Positions 10,599 to 19,615 of a stretch of 64,000 bases of DNA are shown in pieces. The notes beneath the pieces were generated by a model that worked only from the letters and a program-made list of their open reading frames with translations, did not search any database and was not told the DNA's origin. The position numbers were made by a program, and so were the translations under genes. Location of the stretch: the IMG/VR virus record IMGVR_UViG_3300034062_006335; one strand, 5' to 3'. Numbering within the stretch: the stretch's first letter is position 1; every line of letters starts with the position of its first letter. This DNA comes from an uncultured virus (IMG/VR IMGVR_UViG_3300034062_006335) (Duplodnaviria; Heunggongvirae; Uroviricota; Caudoviricetes).

Positions 10599-11842
10599 AA
10601 ATTTCCTTCTAATCTTTCTAACCAACCTTCAGTTACTGAATGTGGCCAAACAACCCACTTTGTGGGGTTTATTGCTGTATTAAATTCTCTTTGTATATTA
10701 ACAAAGTCAATACTGTCATTTAATAAAGTTCTTATTTCACTTTGATTACAATCTTTTCTTGATATTTCATATCCTGTGTCATCTGTGAAAATTACAGCCC
10801 AAAAGTCATAATCTGTTTTGTCAAATTTATTTTTTTCAACTTTAATTGTGAAGTTCATTAGTTTTGTAAAACTATCAATCCATTCTTCTTCGGTATTATA
10901 ATTATATGGGTTTGGTGGGTATTTTTTTTCTAAAGTATATTGTTGTGCTGACCTTTTTTCAAAAAGTAAACCTGAATATTTTTCATAATCTCTAAGAGTT
11001 CTATTGTTACCAAACCCATACTTTCCATTATGACCTTCTTGTTGGTTATTATCCATTCCGAACAACTTTCTATTTAGTTGGTGAGCATTTTCATTAAGTT
11101 TCCACCATTCTTTATCATCGTCCCAATGTTTTGTTCTTCCATTTCTTGTGTATTCATGCCAAATCACAACTTTATGTGGGTGAAACAAATCGTAACCGTG
11201 AGTAAATGCTCTTACCGCAATAGATATTTCTTCTCCGTGAAAATAAAAGTCAGGATTGTGTTGGACATTTTTTGCAAAATCTCCTGACGTAAAACAAAAA
11301 TGTGCCGAATAAAATCTTGCAGGTACTGGTTCTTGTAACTCTTTCCAATCAGGTATAGTCTCAGGTAAGAAAAAAACTGCCCCTTCAGGAATAAATTTAT
11401 CAAATGCCATTCTCCACGGAACATTTACTCTTCCTTGTGGGTCATTTTTTGGGTCATACGATGGTACATACGTAGTAAGAAGTGGTTTTTCAACTCCTTT
11501 ATTTTTTAGTTGTTCATACATACCAATAAGTGTCTCGTCCCAATTTTTTTCAAATCTCATGTGTGAGTCTAACTGTAAGGTATACTCTTCTTCGTTGTAT
11601 AGTTGTTGTATTTGGTTTCTTGCCCAACAGGCGCCTTTTGTTTCGTTGTACAAAACATCTACAAATTTAAATCTATTATCTTCACGAAATTCTTGAAGTT
11701 CGTCAAACTTATCTTCAGGGTGGTATTGTCTACAAATACCAAAAACTAAATTTTCAGGGTATTTGGCATTTTCTAAACAATTTTTTATTGTTGGTTCAAG
11801 TTCGGGGTCCCGATAGGATGCGATTTGAATAAAAATTTTCAT
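10595..11842 (-). CDS. GT60 / Gnt1-like polypeptide N-acetylglucosaminyltransferase
   Basis: IFIQIASYRDPEL, GACWARNQIQQLYNEEEYTLQLDSHMRFEKNWD (DSH metal motif), FHGEEISIAVRAFTHGYDLFHP, G..RTLRDYEKYSG. Confidence 0.8.
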   Translation of the reverse strand: MKIFIQIASYRDPELEPTIKNCLENAKYPENLVFGICRQYHPEDKFDELQEFREDNRFKFVDVLYNETKGACWARNQIQQLYNEEEYTLQLDSHMRFEKNWDETLIGMYEQLKNKGVEKPLLTTYVPSYDPKNDPQGRVNVPWRMAFDKFIPEGAVFFLPETIPDWKELQEPVPARFYSAHFCFTSGDFAKNVQHNPDFYFHGEEISIAVRAFTHGYDLFHPHKVVIWHEYTRNGRTKHWDDDKEWWKLNENAHQLNRKLFGMDNNQQEGHNGKYGFGNNRTLRDYEKYSGLLFEKRSAQQYTLEKKYPPNPYNYNTEEEWIDSFTKLMNFTIKVEKNKFDKTDYDFWAVIFTDDTGYEISRKDCNQSEIRTLLNDSIDFVNIQREFNTAINPTKWVVWPHSVTEGWLERLEGNL

Positions 11843-11851
11843 AATAAAAAA

Positions 11852-11879
11852 ATTATAATTTTAAATATGAAAAAAACAA
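11852..11879 (-). promoter_or_regulatory. Putative sigma70-like promoter TTGTTT-N16-TATAAT for the glycosyltransferase pair
   Basis: TATAAT at 11852-11857 and TTGTTT at 11874-11879; same spacer length as the three other sites. Confidence 0.45.
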
Positions 11880-11886
11880 TAATAAA

Positions 11887-12402
11887 CTAACAATTAGGGC
11901 AATTTCCTAAAAGAGTAATCGTTGAGGGTGAACTTGTTGTTGGGTATGTAGTAGAACAAAAAGTAACAGTAGTTTGTCCTACCAACCCATAAGGGGATAT
12001 ATTGACCTCACCACAACAAGGTTCAAAGTTTAATTCTAACATATTATCATAAAGATTATAAACACTATATTGTAAACAAGGAACAGGTGTTGGTGTTGGT
12101 TCAGGTGTTGGTATTGGTGTGTTTGTTGGTGTTGGTGATGGAGTAGGTGTTGGGGTAGGGGTAGGTGTGGGGGTTGGGGTTGCGGTACAAGGTAATGGTT
12201 CAGTAAATATACATCCGTTTCCATCTATAATTTTTAATTGAAGTAAGTCCTCATTTGGAAAAAAATTATCAGAATTTATTTGAACAGTTGGTGGTACTGA
12301 AACGCTTCCCGATACAAAAAAACAATTATTCAAATCCCATGTGCATAAAAATATATCATATGGACTTGTACCACTTGTAACTCCGGTTATTTGAATTATC
12401 AT
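11887..12402 (-). CDS. Small SprB-like domain + PT linker + Cys module (paralog 2)
   Basis: VTSGTSPYDIFLC..LKIIDGNGC, a PT tract at about 12085-12186, then a C-terminal Cys module. Confidence 0.7.
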   Translation of the reverse strand: MIIQITGVTSGTSPYDIFLCTWDLNNCFFVSGSVSVPPTVQINSDNFFPNEDLLQLKIIDGNGCIFTEPLPCTATPTPTPTPTPTPTPSPTPTNTPIPTPEPTPTPVPCLQYSVYNLYDNMLELNFEPCCGEVNISPYGLVGQTTVTFCSTTYPTTSSPSTITLLGNCPNC

Positions 12403-13166
12403 TACACTTGTGTTAACGTTACTATTACTGATGGAATTGCAGGTCTGGTCGGACTAGATTGTGTACCCTGATAAGCAAACCCTAATCTAACATCACTAAC
12501 TCTAAATTTTAACTCCATGTAGTCACCAGCGTTTAACGGCTCAACAAAGTTCCATGCGGCAACACTTCTACCATTATTAGAATTAAGAGCAATTTGTGTA
12601 TTTGAATTTGCAACATTATCTCCATTTATTGCTAACCATATATCCATAGTTTGATTACTTCCTCCACCCGTTGACTCCAATTGGCTAGAAAATTGTAAAT
12701 TATATGTACCGGCACTTGCAACAACAAATCGTGTATCCGCAGAAACGGTAACACCACTACCTGACGTTTGTGTTGCCGCACTCATCGAATATGCTGTGGT
12801 AGTACTTACCACGTACTGACTAACGGTAGAAATAAATGAACCCCAAGCACCATTCACAAATGGTCGAGAGATACCCGAACTACCACTAGTACCATTAGTT
12901 CCTGATGTTCCGTTTGTGCCGGAAGTACCATTGGTGCCAGACGTTCCATTAGTACCCGAAGTACCATTCGTTCCTGATGTTCCGTTTGTGCCGGAAGTAC
13001 CATTAGTTCCCGATGTTCCAGTTGCTCCTGAAAGATTTCTAGTAACAGATGAAAAATAAATTGCGCTTGTAACTCCAGTAACGGAGCCACTATAATTTAC
13101 AATAGCTAGTATTGAATTTGGTGCCCCGGAAGTGACAAAAGGTAGTTGTGAAATTCTTAAATCCAT
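12402..13166 (-). CDS. Short collagen-like fibre with C1q/BclA-type C-terminal head
   Basis: N-terminal LRISQLP, 17 G-X-Y triplets, then [28 protein letters not shown]. Confidence 0.7.
   Translation of the reverse strand: MDLRISQLPFVTSGAPNSILAIVNYSGSVTGVTSAIYFSSVTRNLSGATGTSGTNGTSGTNGTSGTNGTSGTNGTSGTNGTSGTNGTSGTNGTSGSSGISRPFVNGAWGSFISTVSQYVVSTTTAYSMSAATQTSGSGVTVSADTRFVVASAGTYNLQFSSQLESTGGGSNQTMDIWLAINGDNVANSNTQIALNSNNGRSVAAWNFVEPLNAGDYMELKFRVSDVRLGFAYQGTQSSPTRPAIPSVIVTLTQV
12876..13028 (-). repeat. Coding 9-nt repeat array (GTS/GTN triplets)
   Basis: 8 GTS alternating with 7 GTN, flanked by GAT and GSS. Confidence 0.95.
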
Positions 13167-13168
13167 AC

Positions 13169-13447
13169 TTATAAATATATTCTAAAACCGTCTTCTTGTA
13201 ATATATAAAATCCGTTCTCTTGTAATAAATACTCAGGAGGGCAACTTACTATTTCAAAATATTCACATAAAGTAGAATCGACAATTTTGAACATCAAAGT
13301 ATCCGCCGTTTGAAATAGTGATGAAAGTACAAAAGTTCCTCCTGTTGAGCCGAGTAATTGACAATTATTACCATATTCATCACAAACATATAAAGTGTAT
13401 GGTGGAGTTCCTCCTGTAATTCCTGATATTGTTACGTCATACGCCAT
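13169..13447 (-). CDS. Small SprB-like single-domain virion protein (paralog 3)
   Basis: ITGGTPPYTLYVCD..C..FKIVDSTLC; C-terminal LLQENGFYILQEDG. Confidence 0.65.
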   Translation of the reverse strand: MAYDVTISGITGGTPPYTLYVCDEYGNNCQLLGSTGGTFVLSSLFQTADTLMFKIVDSTLCEYFEIVSCPPEYLLQENGFYILQEDGFRIYL

Positions 13448-15739
13448 CTATACACCACAAACAATGTCATATGTTATTTCTAAACCTAAAGTAAAATCTT
13501 CATCGGCTAATGGGTCGTCATCTCCACTACACGTTGAAATAACAGTTAATGTGTTATTTAACAAATCAATATTGTAACTTGAGATTTCTGGTATAGTGTC
13601 TAATATTTGTTCGATTGTTGATTGCCATAATGAATCTTGAGGTACATCATTAAGTGTTGTGGCAGTGTAAAATGGTTGTGAATATGTAACCCCACTTACG
13701 ATTATTTCACACACCAATTCAGCACTATTAAAAACACAATTTGTATAACCTGAAATTAAATCCAAATAACCTTCATTTAACATTTCGGCCAAACCTCTTT
13801 GGTTACCTGTTGATGTTGTAAACGTATTTGAACAAACATTAAATATTTCATAGTTTGTAACGTTTGTACCTAAACAAGTTATATTAAAATATTGTGTTAA
13901 AGTACAACCCGTACTATCTGTAATATCAACACTATATTGCCCCGCAGCCAAATTAGAAATAGAGGAACCTGTTTGACTATTTGACCATAGGTATGAAAAT
14001 GGTGGTGTCCCTGCGTTTATCACTACAGTTGCTGTACCATCATTTAATCCCGTACAATTAGTGGTTGCTACCGAAGCCGTAATACCACCACCCGTGTTAA
14101 TTGTAAAACCTGAAGAAACCGCACATCCATCCGTGTCTGTAACTGTAATTGTATAAGAACCTGAAGTTAAATTATTATAAGTTATAGAACTTAATGGTGT
14201 GTCAATAATTGTATTACCATTACTTAAAACATAATCTAAAGGTGATGTATACCCCGTTGAAACATTAACGATAGCAATACCATTTGTTTGACTACAAGTT
14301 GCACCTGTTGTTTGTAAACTTATTGAAAATTTAGGGATAGATGAAACGGTGTAGGTGTTTGTATAAACACAGTTGGTTCCGCTCGCTGAAATTGTTAAAT
14401 AATAAGTATCGTTAGGTAGATTTGTAAAACTTTCAGTTAAGTTTTGTGTTGTGGTGGTTGATAGTGTGTTCGTATTTTGTCCTGAAAGAGTGTAAGTATA
14501 AAAACCACTAACCCCTTGTATTGTGACATCTATTTGACCATTACTCACATTACAATTAGACCCCGTAATATTTACAGAAGCTACACTAAAACCATTTGGT
14601 GAACTTAGATTTCCGTTCAACAATATATTACATAAACTTGCATCTGTAACTAATACTTGATAATTACCACTTGTAAGTCCTGTTATTGTAAAAGTGTCGG
14701 ATAATGTGTATCCAACTTGTGATGTATTGGCAGAATAATAATAAGGACCACTACCTCCACTTATTGTGAATGTTAATGAACCATCTGAAGAAAAACAAGT
14801 TGGGTTATTTGCGGTTAGTAATGCCAAACTCATGGGTGTTGCAACCCCAACAGTTTCAGATAAAGTAGTTTGACATCCAAGACTATCTGTTACTGTACAT
14901 GTATATACCCCTTGAGTTAAACCCGTAATAACTTGACTTGTTTGCCCATTGCTCCACAAATATGTGTATGGTCCAGTACCTGTAATTCCGGTGACCGCTA
15001 ATTTACCCCAATTAGTTACACAATTAGAAGTATCTACTTTCCAAAAACCAAAATTTACAGCAGTACTTGCACTTATAACTCCGTTTTCTGTGTTTGCTGT
15101 TGTCGCACCGTAATCAACAACCGTGGCGTAGTAAATACCATCTTGTAATCCTGTAAATGTATATGGTAATACACTTGTAGTTTCAACATCATATACAGAA
15201 CCATTTTGGTATAATATAATAGTATAAGGTGACCCTGTTGTTGATGCGCTTACTTGTAGTGAACCATTATCTAACCCACAAGTAGTACCTGAAGCAAATA
15301 TACGTGCCTCAAAACATTCAGTGACTGCGACATTTATATAGAGTTCATTATTTTGTAATCCAAGGGTATCATTTAATCTAAATACATATACACCTTCGGT
15401 TAATCCTGTAAATGTTATTGGATTGTAACTTGTCTGAGCGGTGATGGTTCCGGGTATGATATTATCTATTGTGTAAGGAGCAGCACCACCAAATGGATTA
15501 AATGTGACACTACCTGTTGTTGCACTACATACTCCCGTTACTTGAAATGTATAATCTAAACCTCCTTGTATACAGTTCTGTGTACAGGTTTGACCTGTCG
15601 CAATAACAATACCAAATGAAGTCCCTGATAGTGCACTATCAATACAAACACTTTGAGCAAGTGATGCACCTGTTCTTGTAACTCCGCAACAATCTACGTA
15701 GTAAAAATATCCGTTAGTTAAACCTGAAACACACGCCAT
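13448..15739 (-). CDS. SprB-repeat fibre/adhesin-like virion protein
   Basis: About seven repeats of the type TC..NG....GG..PYTY.WSNG...ITGL..G.Y...VTD..GC. Confidence 0.8.
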   Translation of the reverse strand: MACVSGLTNGYFYYVDCCGVTRTGASLAQSVCIDSALSGTSFGIVIATGQTCTQNCIQGGLDYTFQVTGVCSATTGSVTFNPFGGAAPYTIDNIIPGTITAQTSYNPITFTGLTEGVYVFRLNDTLGLQNNELYINVAVTECFEARIFASGTTCGLDNGSLQVSASTTGSPYTIILYQNGSVYDVETTSVLPYTFTGLQDGIYYATVVDYGATTANTENGVISASTAVNFGFWKVDTSNCVTNWGKLAVTGITGTGPYTYLWSNGQTSQVITGLTQGVYTCTVTDSLGCQTTLSETVGVATPMSLALLTANNPTCFSSDGSLTFTISGGSGPYYYSANTSQVGYTLSDTFTITGLTSGNYQVLVTDASLCNILLNGNLSSPNGFSVASVNITGSNCNVSNGQIDVTIQGVSGFYTYTLSGQNTNTLSTTTTQNLTESFTNLPNDTYYLTISASGTNCVYTNTYTVSSIPKFSISLQTTGATCSQTNGIAIVNVSTGYTSPLDYVLSNGNTIIDTPLSSITYNNLTSGSYTITVTDTDGCAVSSGFTINTGGGITASVATTNCTGLNDGTATVVINAGTPPFSYLWSNSQTGSSISNLAAGQYSVDITDSTGCTLTQYFNITCLGTNVTNYEIFNVCSNTFTTSTGNQRGLAEMLNEGYLDLISGYTNCVFNSAELVCEIIVSGVTYSQPFYTATTLNDVPQDSLWQSTIEQILDTIPEISSYNIDLLNNTLTVISTCSGDDDPLADEDFTLGLEITYDIVCGV

Positions 15740-18675
15740 TAATTACAATTTATACTAATGTTTATACCTATATTTAATCTAAAAGAACTATTTGTAAAGT
15801 TATCGTAACAAGTGGAATTACTAACTATAAGTTCATTACCCGCCAAATAGTAGTTTAAACCGTATTGATACAATACTTGTAACTCACTATTTATTGAATT
15901 GATTATTTGTGTTTGTGATGGGTAATCGTTCAAACCGTAACCTGTGTAGAAGTTGGACTGTACTAAAATTTGATTATCTAATCTACAATCAATAAACCAA
16001 TTAGTCACCAAACTATTTAAATCACACTGATTTTGAGTATACCCACTATTTTTTAATAATGTTGCTAAAGTTTGTTGTAGGATATCAGGACCATTACCCG
16101 ATAATTGACAAGTCAATGTTTGGTCAATACAGTCATAACTGAATGGTTGTCCATTATATCGACATGGTATACATTCAACAGGTATAAAACTACACCCTCT
16201 TTGTCTTCTCCAAACAAATTTTTGTCTATGAAAAATTGTGTTTTCCATTTTTTGTCCTGTCAACCATAATGTAGTGCCAGGTACAACTTGTTCTAACAAT
16301 CGTTGCCAATGGTCACCCAAACCTAAAGTAAAATCAATCATTTTTTGGTAAGTAAACTTGTTGGACGGTAATCCAACCGTTTCTTCAGATTGAAGGTAAT
16401 TCCAAAATACAGATTGTAAGGTTGGGTATCCTCCAGTCTTACCATCGAATATCGTTTGTCTATTTCTAACGTTTATAAAATTATTATAAAAATCTTGAGC
16501 AAACTCAAAAAAAGTTTTTTCTTTTGGTTTTGGATTTATGAAGGTCCAATCAACATTTCCAGGATATGGATATGGTGATGTTAATCCACTATTTGGAATA
16601 GGGTAATTATATTTTACTGACATATCCCAAATGTCATAAGTTATTCCTTGACCAACATTTACATACAATTCAATATTTTTAGAATTAATAACCAATTTAT
16701 CATCATTAACTTTATAATTAACACCATTAAAATTAGAGTTGTCTTTTCTAGTTCCTGTTTGGTCAACCGCCCATGATTTTTGATTATCGGCAATTCTTGT
16801 TAAAGTATAACCAACTTTCATGTCAGGGAATTTTCTAAAATTATTCATATACTCTTGTCCAAAAGAGAATGGTTTTAAAGTAGAAACTAAAAAAGGGTTA
16901 CTAGGGTCAAATGATGAGTTTGCAGTGTCTGCAACTTCTGAAGACCTATGTTGTGGAGATTTTTCAAACCAACCCGCACCTTTTTGAAAAAAGTCAGTTT
17001 CTGTTGGTGTGGGATTTTTAGGGTATCCATCTGAGTCGATACCATAATCACCTAATGTTTTAGGGGTTAATTTAATTAATCCTGATGTTGTGTATCCTGT
17101 GTATGTTATTCCTTGTATACTAAAAGTGTTAGCGGCGTCTAAAGTGGGTTCTTGAATGAAAGTTGTTCCACCAGAAATAGAAGCAAACTGTTCATCAAAC
17201 TTTGTGGTGTTGATTTTTGTGTCTGCCAAATATATTACTTCATTAAATTCTAAAAGTGCATCAGGAGCCCCAATAAATCTCATTATATATTCTAAAGATT
17301 TTCTAGTCCCCTTTGTTTTAAACATATAAGCCGAATTTAAAATTACGTTTCTGTAGTATTGATAGTTAAGTTCTGTTGGTGTTGGTGTTTCTGATTGACC
17401 ATCGTATATTTGTTGGGGATTTGGATTGAAAACTGAATCGATAAAATTTTCTGTAGTAATAGGTGAGATGTTGGGGTTAATACCTAATGTTTGAGCTAAA
17501 TTAGATAATAGTTGTGAAGGTATATCATTTCCAACTTGATAATTTACAGAGTTCATGTGAGCCAATGCGTCTATAAACTTTTTAACTTCATCAAATTCTC
17601 TACCGTAAATTTGTAATACTTTTTCAATTTTTTGGTCGGGGGTGTCAAACTCTTTAATCGAGCCAGTCACTAAAAATCTACTTATTAGGTTAGTTTTATA
17701 CTCATCTAAAATTGCGGATATTCTCTGTAAATCATTTAGATATTTGTCAAATATTTGTCCATTTATTTCTAAATTCCAAAAACCTGAAAGTGGCCAAACC
17801 AGTTTTTCAGTATAAATTGTTTTTTTACCATTAGAACCATAATCAGGATATACAAAAGTTGACATGTATTTTGGGGTAGTATTTCTATTCAATAAAAACT
17901 TTTCTACCTCATCTAACTCTTCGTCAAATATTTGTTGTGTTAATTCGTTCGATGGTTTTAATATTAAAGGTCCGCCATAAAAAGTTTGCCCACTAAATGG
18001 ATTACCCTGTACAACAATATCAATTGTTTTTGCACTTAATGAAGATGCTGCGACAAAGTCTGTTAAAGGATATTCAACTTGTAGGTCTTCAAAATACAAA
18101 GAATATTTTTCATAATATTCGATAAGTGCTCGATATCGACTTATTGGGAATGGTTGTACTTCAATATTTCTTTTAGCGTTTACGGTATAGTCAATTTGAA
18201 ATGGGTTTCTAAATAAGACACAGTCTAACGTCATACTTGTCTCGTCATTTTTTGCATCATATGAAATATTGAACGCAGTTGGTCCTGAATATAAATTCGA
18301 AACAGGTGTGTTATATATTTCTATACCCGCAGGAAAGTTGTTGAGTATTCTAATTGCGGAAGCTGACATTCTTTTTGCTAATGAACCATACAGCGAAAAA
18401 CTTGTGATTTCAGACAAGTCAAAATTTGGATATACTTTGAAATTTTTCTCTACAATTTTTTTTGCCTGTTGTATATCATCGATTTTTAAATTTTCTAAGG
18501 TGTATGCGTCCGAGAAAATTCCAGTATCGAAAGTTCTATTAGTTTTTTCGTATATTGCTGTTGTAAATTGAAAATTACCTTGCGTAAGTCCTCCGCCGTC
18601 AACTATCTGAAAGCCGACTAAGTTATCTGAAAAGGTTTTAACACCACCAGGAGGAAAAAAAATCTTATTAGCCAT
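15739..18675 (-). CDS. Baseplate wedge protein (T4 gp7 / P2 gpI-like)
   Basis: LLSNLAQTLG and YYRNVILNSAYMFKTKGTRKSLEYIMRFIG motifs. Confidence 0.65.
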   Translation of the reverse strand: MANKIFFPPGGVKTFSDNLVGFQIVDGGGLTQGNFQFTTAIYEKTNRTFDTGIFSDAYTLENLKIDDIQQAKKIVEKNFKVYPNFDLSEITSFSLYGSLAKRMSASAIRILNNFPAGIEIYNTPVSNLYSGPTAFNISYDAKNDETSMTLDCVLFRNPFQIDYTVNAKRNIEVQPFPISRYRALIEYYEKYSLYFEDLQVEYPLTDFVAASSLSAKTIDIVVQGNPFSGQTFYGGPLILKPSNELTQQIFDEELDEVEKFLLNRNTTPKYMSTFVYPDYGSNGKKTIYTEKLVWPLSGFWNLEINGQIFDKYLNDLQRISAILDEYKTNLISRFLVTGSIKEFDTPDQKIEKVLQIYGREFDEVKKFIDALAHMNSVNYQVGNDIPSQLLSNLAQTLGINPNISPITTENFIDSVFNPNPQQIYDGQSETPTPTELNYQYYRNVILNSAYMFKTKGTRKSLEYIMRFIGAPDALLEFNEVIYLADTKINTTKFDEQFASISGGTTFIQEPTLDAANTFSIQGITYTGYTTSGLIKLTPKTLGDYGIDSDGYPKNPTPTETDFFQKGAGWFEKSPQHRSSEVADTANSSFDPSNPFLVSTLKPFSFGQEYMNNFRKFPDMKVGYTLTRIADNQKSWAVDQTGTRKDNSNFNGVNYKVNDDKLVINSKNIELYVNVGQGITYDIWDMSVKYNYPIPNSGLTSPYPYPGNVDWTFINPKPKEKTFFEFAQDFYNNFINVRNRQTIFDGKTGGYPTLQSVFWNYLQSEETVGLPSNKFTYQKMIDFTLGLGDHWQRLLEQVVPGTTLWLTGQKMENTIFHRQKFVWRRQRGCSFIPVECIPCRYNGQPFSYDCIDQTLTCQLSGNGPDILQQTLATLLKNSGYTQNQCDLNSLVTNWFIDCRLDNQILVQSNFYTGYGLNDYPSQTQIINSINSELQVLYQYGLNYYLAGNELIVSNSTCYDNFTNSSFRLNIGINISINCN

Positions 18676-19583
18676 TAAGTTATAATGTTTGTAAAGTTTT
18701 TACTAAAGTCTATATTATTACCTCTATCTTGTCGTACTTCATAAAGAAGTTCATTAAAGTTGTCTCTAACCTCAAATAGATTGTATTGTTTATAAATGTT
18801 ACCTGCACTATCATATAAAGTATAGATACCATCCTCAATACTTTTAGTTTGATTTCCATAAAGAGCAATTGCAATAGTATCCAAGTCGTAGTCAGCCATT
18901 TGAATGTCTATTGTGATTGGGTTAAAAAAAGTATTTGTTATAATTATACTTTGATTTGGTTGACCGATAAAAGGTGTTGATGATGGTTTGTTTGTTGGTG
19001 AAGACGAGGGTGATAATGTACAAAATATTAAGTCAGCACCACCGTCAACATATCTATATCTTATATTTTTTTGAGATGAATTAACCTGTTCTGTAACTAC
19101 GGGTTCACAGAAAAATGAAGAGGTAATTATTCTATAAAAATTAGGTATTTTAGTTCCGTCTTGATTTAAGTATTCAACTCTATACCCAACCAATCCTTGA
19201 TTTGTAAATCTACTTCTAAATTGTGCAGGTACTTGATTAATATCTATTATAATACCTTTAACATTTGGTAGAGCAGATAAAACTCCACAATCTGATATCG
19301 TGGTTCTTATTTCTGCAGGTCTTATATAAACGGTATATATTCCTTTTTTATTAAATTCAGTTGCCGGTAACTTGAGGTTATATAACCCCCCTAATAGTTC
19401 AACGTTTGCATTACCACCAGTATCTGAATTGTGGAAGTAAGGTGTAAGAATACTTTGTGAGTTTAATTTTTTTAATAAAAAATTATCTGTCACGTCTCTT
19501 GATGCGGTGTAATGTAAAATAATATCAACATCATCAGGAGATACATCAGCGGGTCTTACAATTCCATATGTGCCAAGTGCCAT
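18675..19583 (-). CDS. Putative baseplate structural protein
   Basis: Intact ORF inside the baseplate cluster; TATTTATA at 19594-19601. Confidence 0.55.
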   Translation of the reverse strand: MALGTYGIVRPADVSPDDVDIILHYTASRDVTDNFLLKKLNSQSILTPYFHNSDTGGNANVELLGGLYNLKLPATEFNKKGIYTVYIRPAEIRTTISDCGVLSALPNVKGIIIDINQVPAQFRSRFTNQGLVGYRVEYLNQDGTKIPNFYRIITSSFFCEPVVTEQVNSSQKNIRYRYVDGGADLIFCTLSPSSSPTNKPSSTPFIGQPNQSIIITNTFFNPITIDIQMADYDLDTIAIALYGNQTKSIEDGIYTLYDSAGNIYKQYNLFEVRDNFNELLYEVRQDRGNNIDFSKNFTNIIT

Positions 19584-19615
19584 TTTTTTATTTTATAAAT
19601 AGTTTATTTAGTTTT

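Noticed and set aside
8676..13028. Tandem repeats as a possible CRISPR array or DGR repeat pair
   Set aside because: Units are 6-9 nt, in frame and codon-degenerate, with no spacers. No cas or reverse transcriptase gene is in the window.
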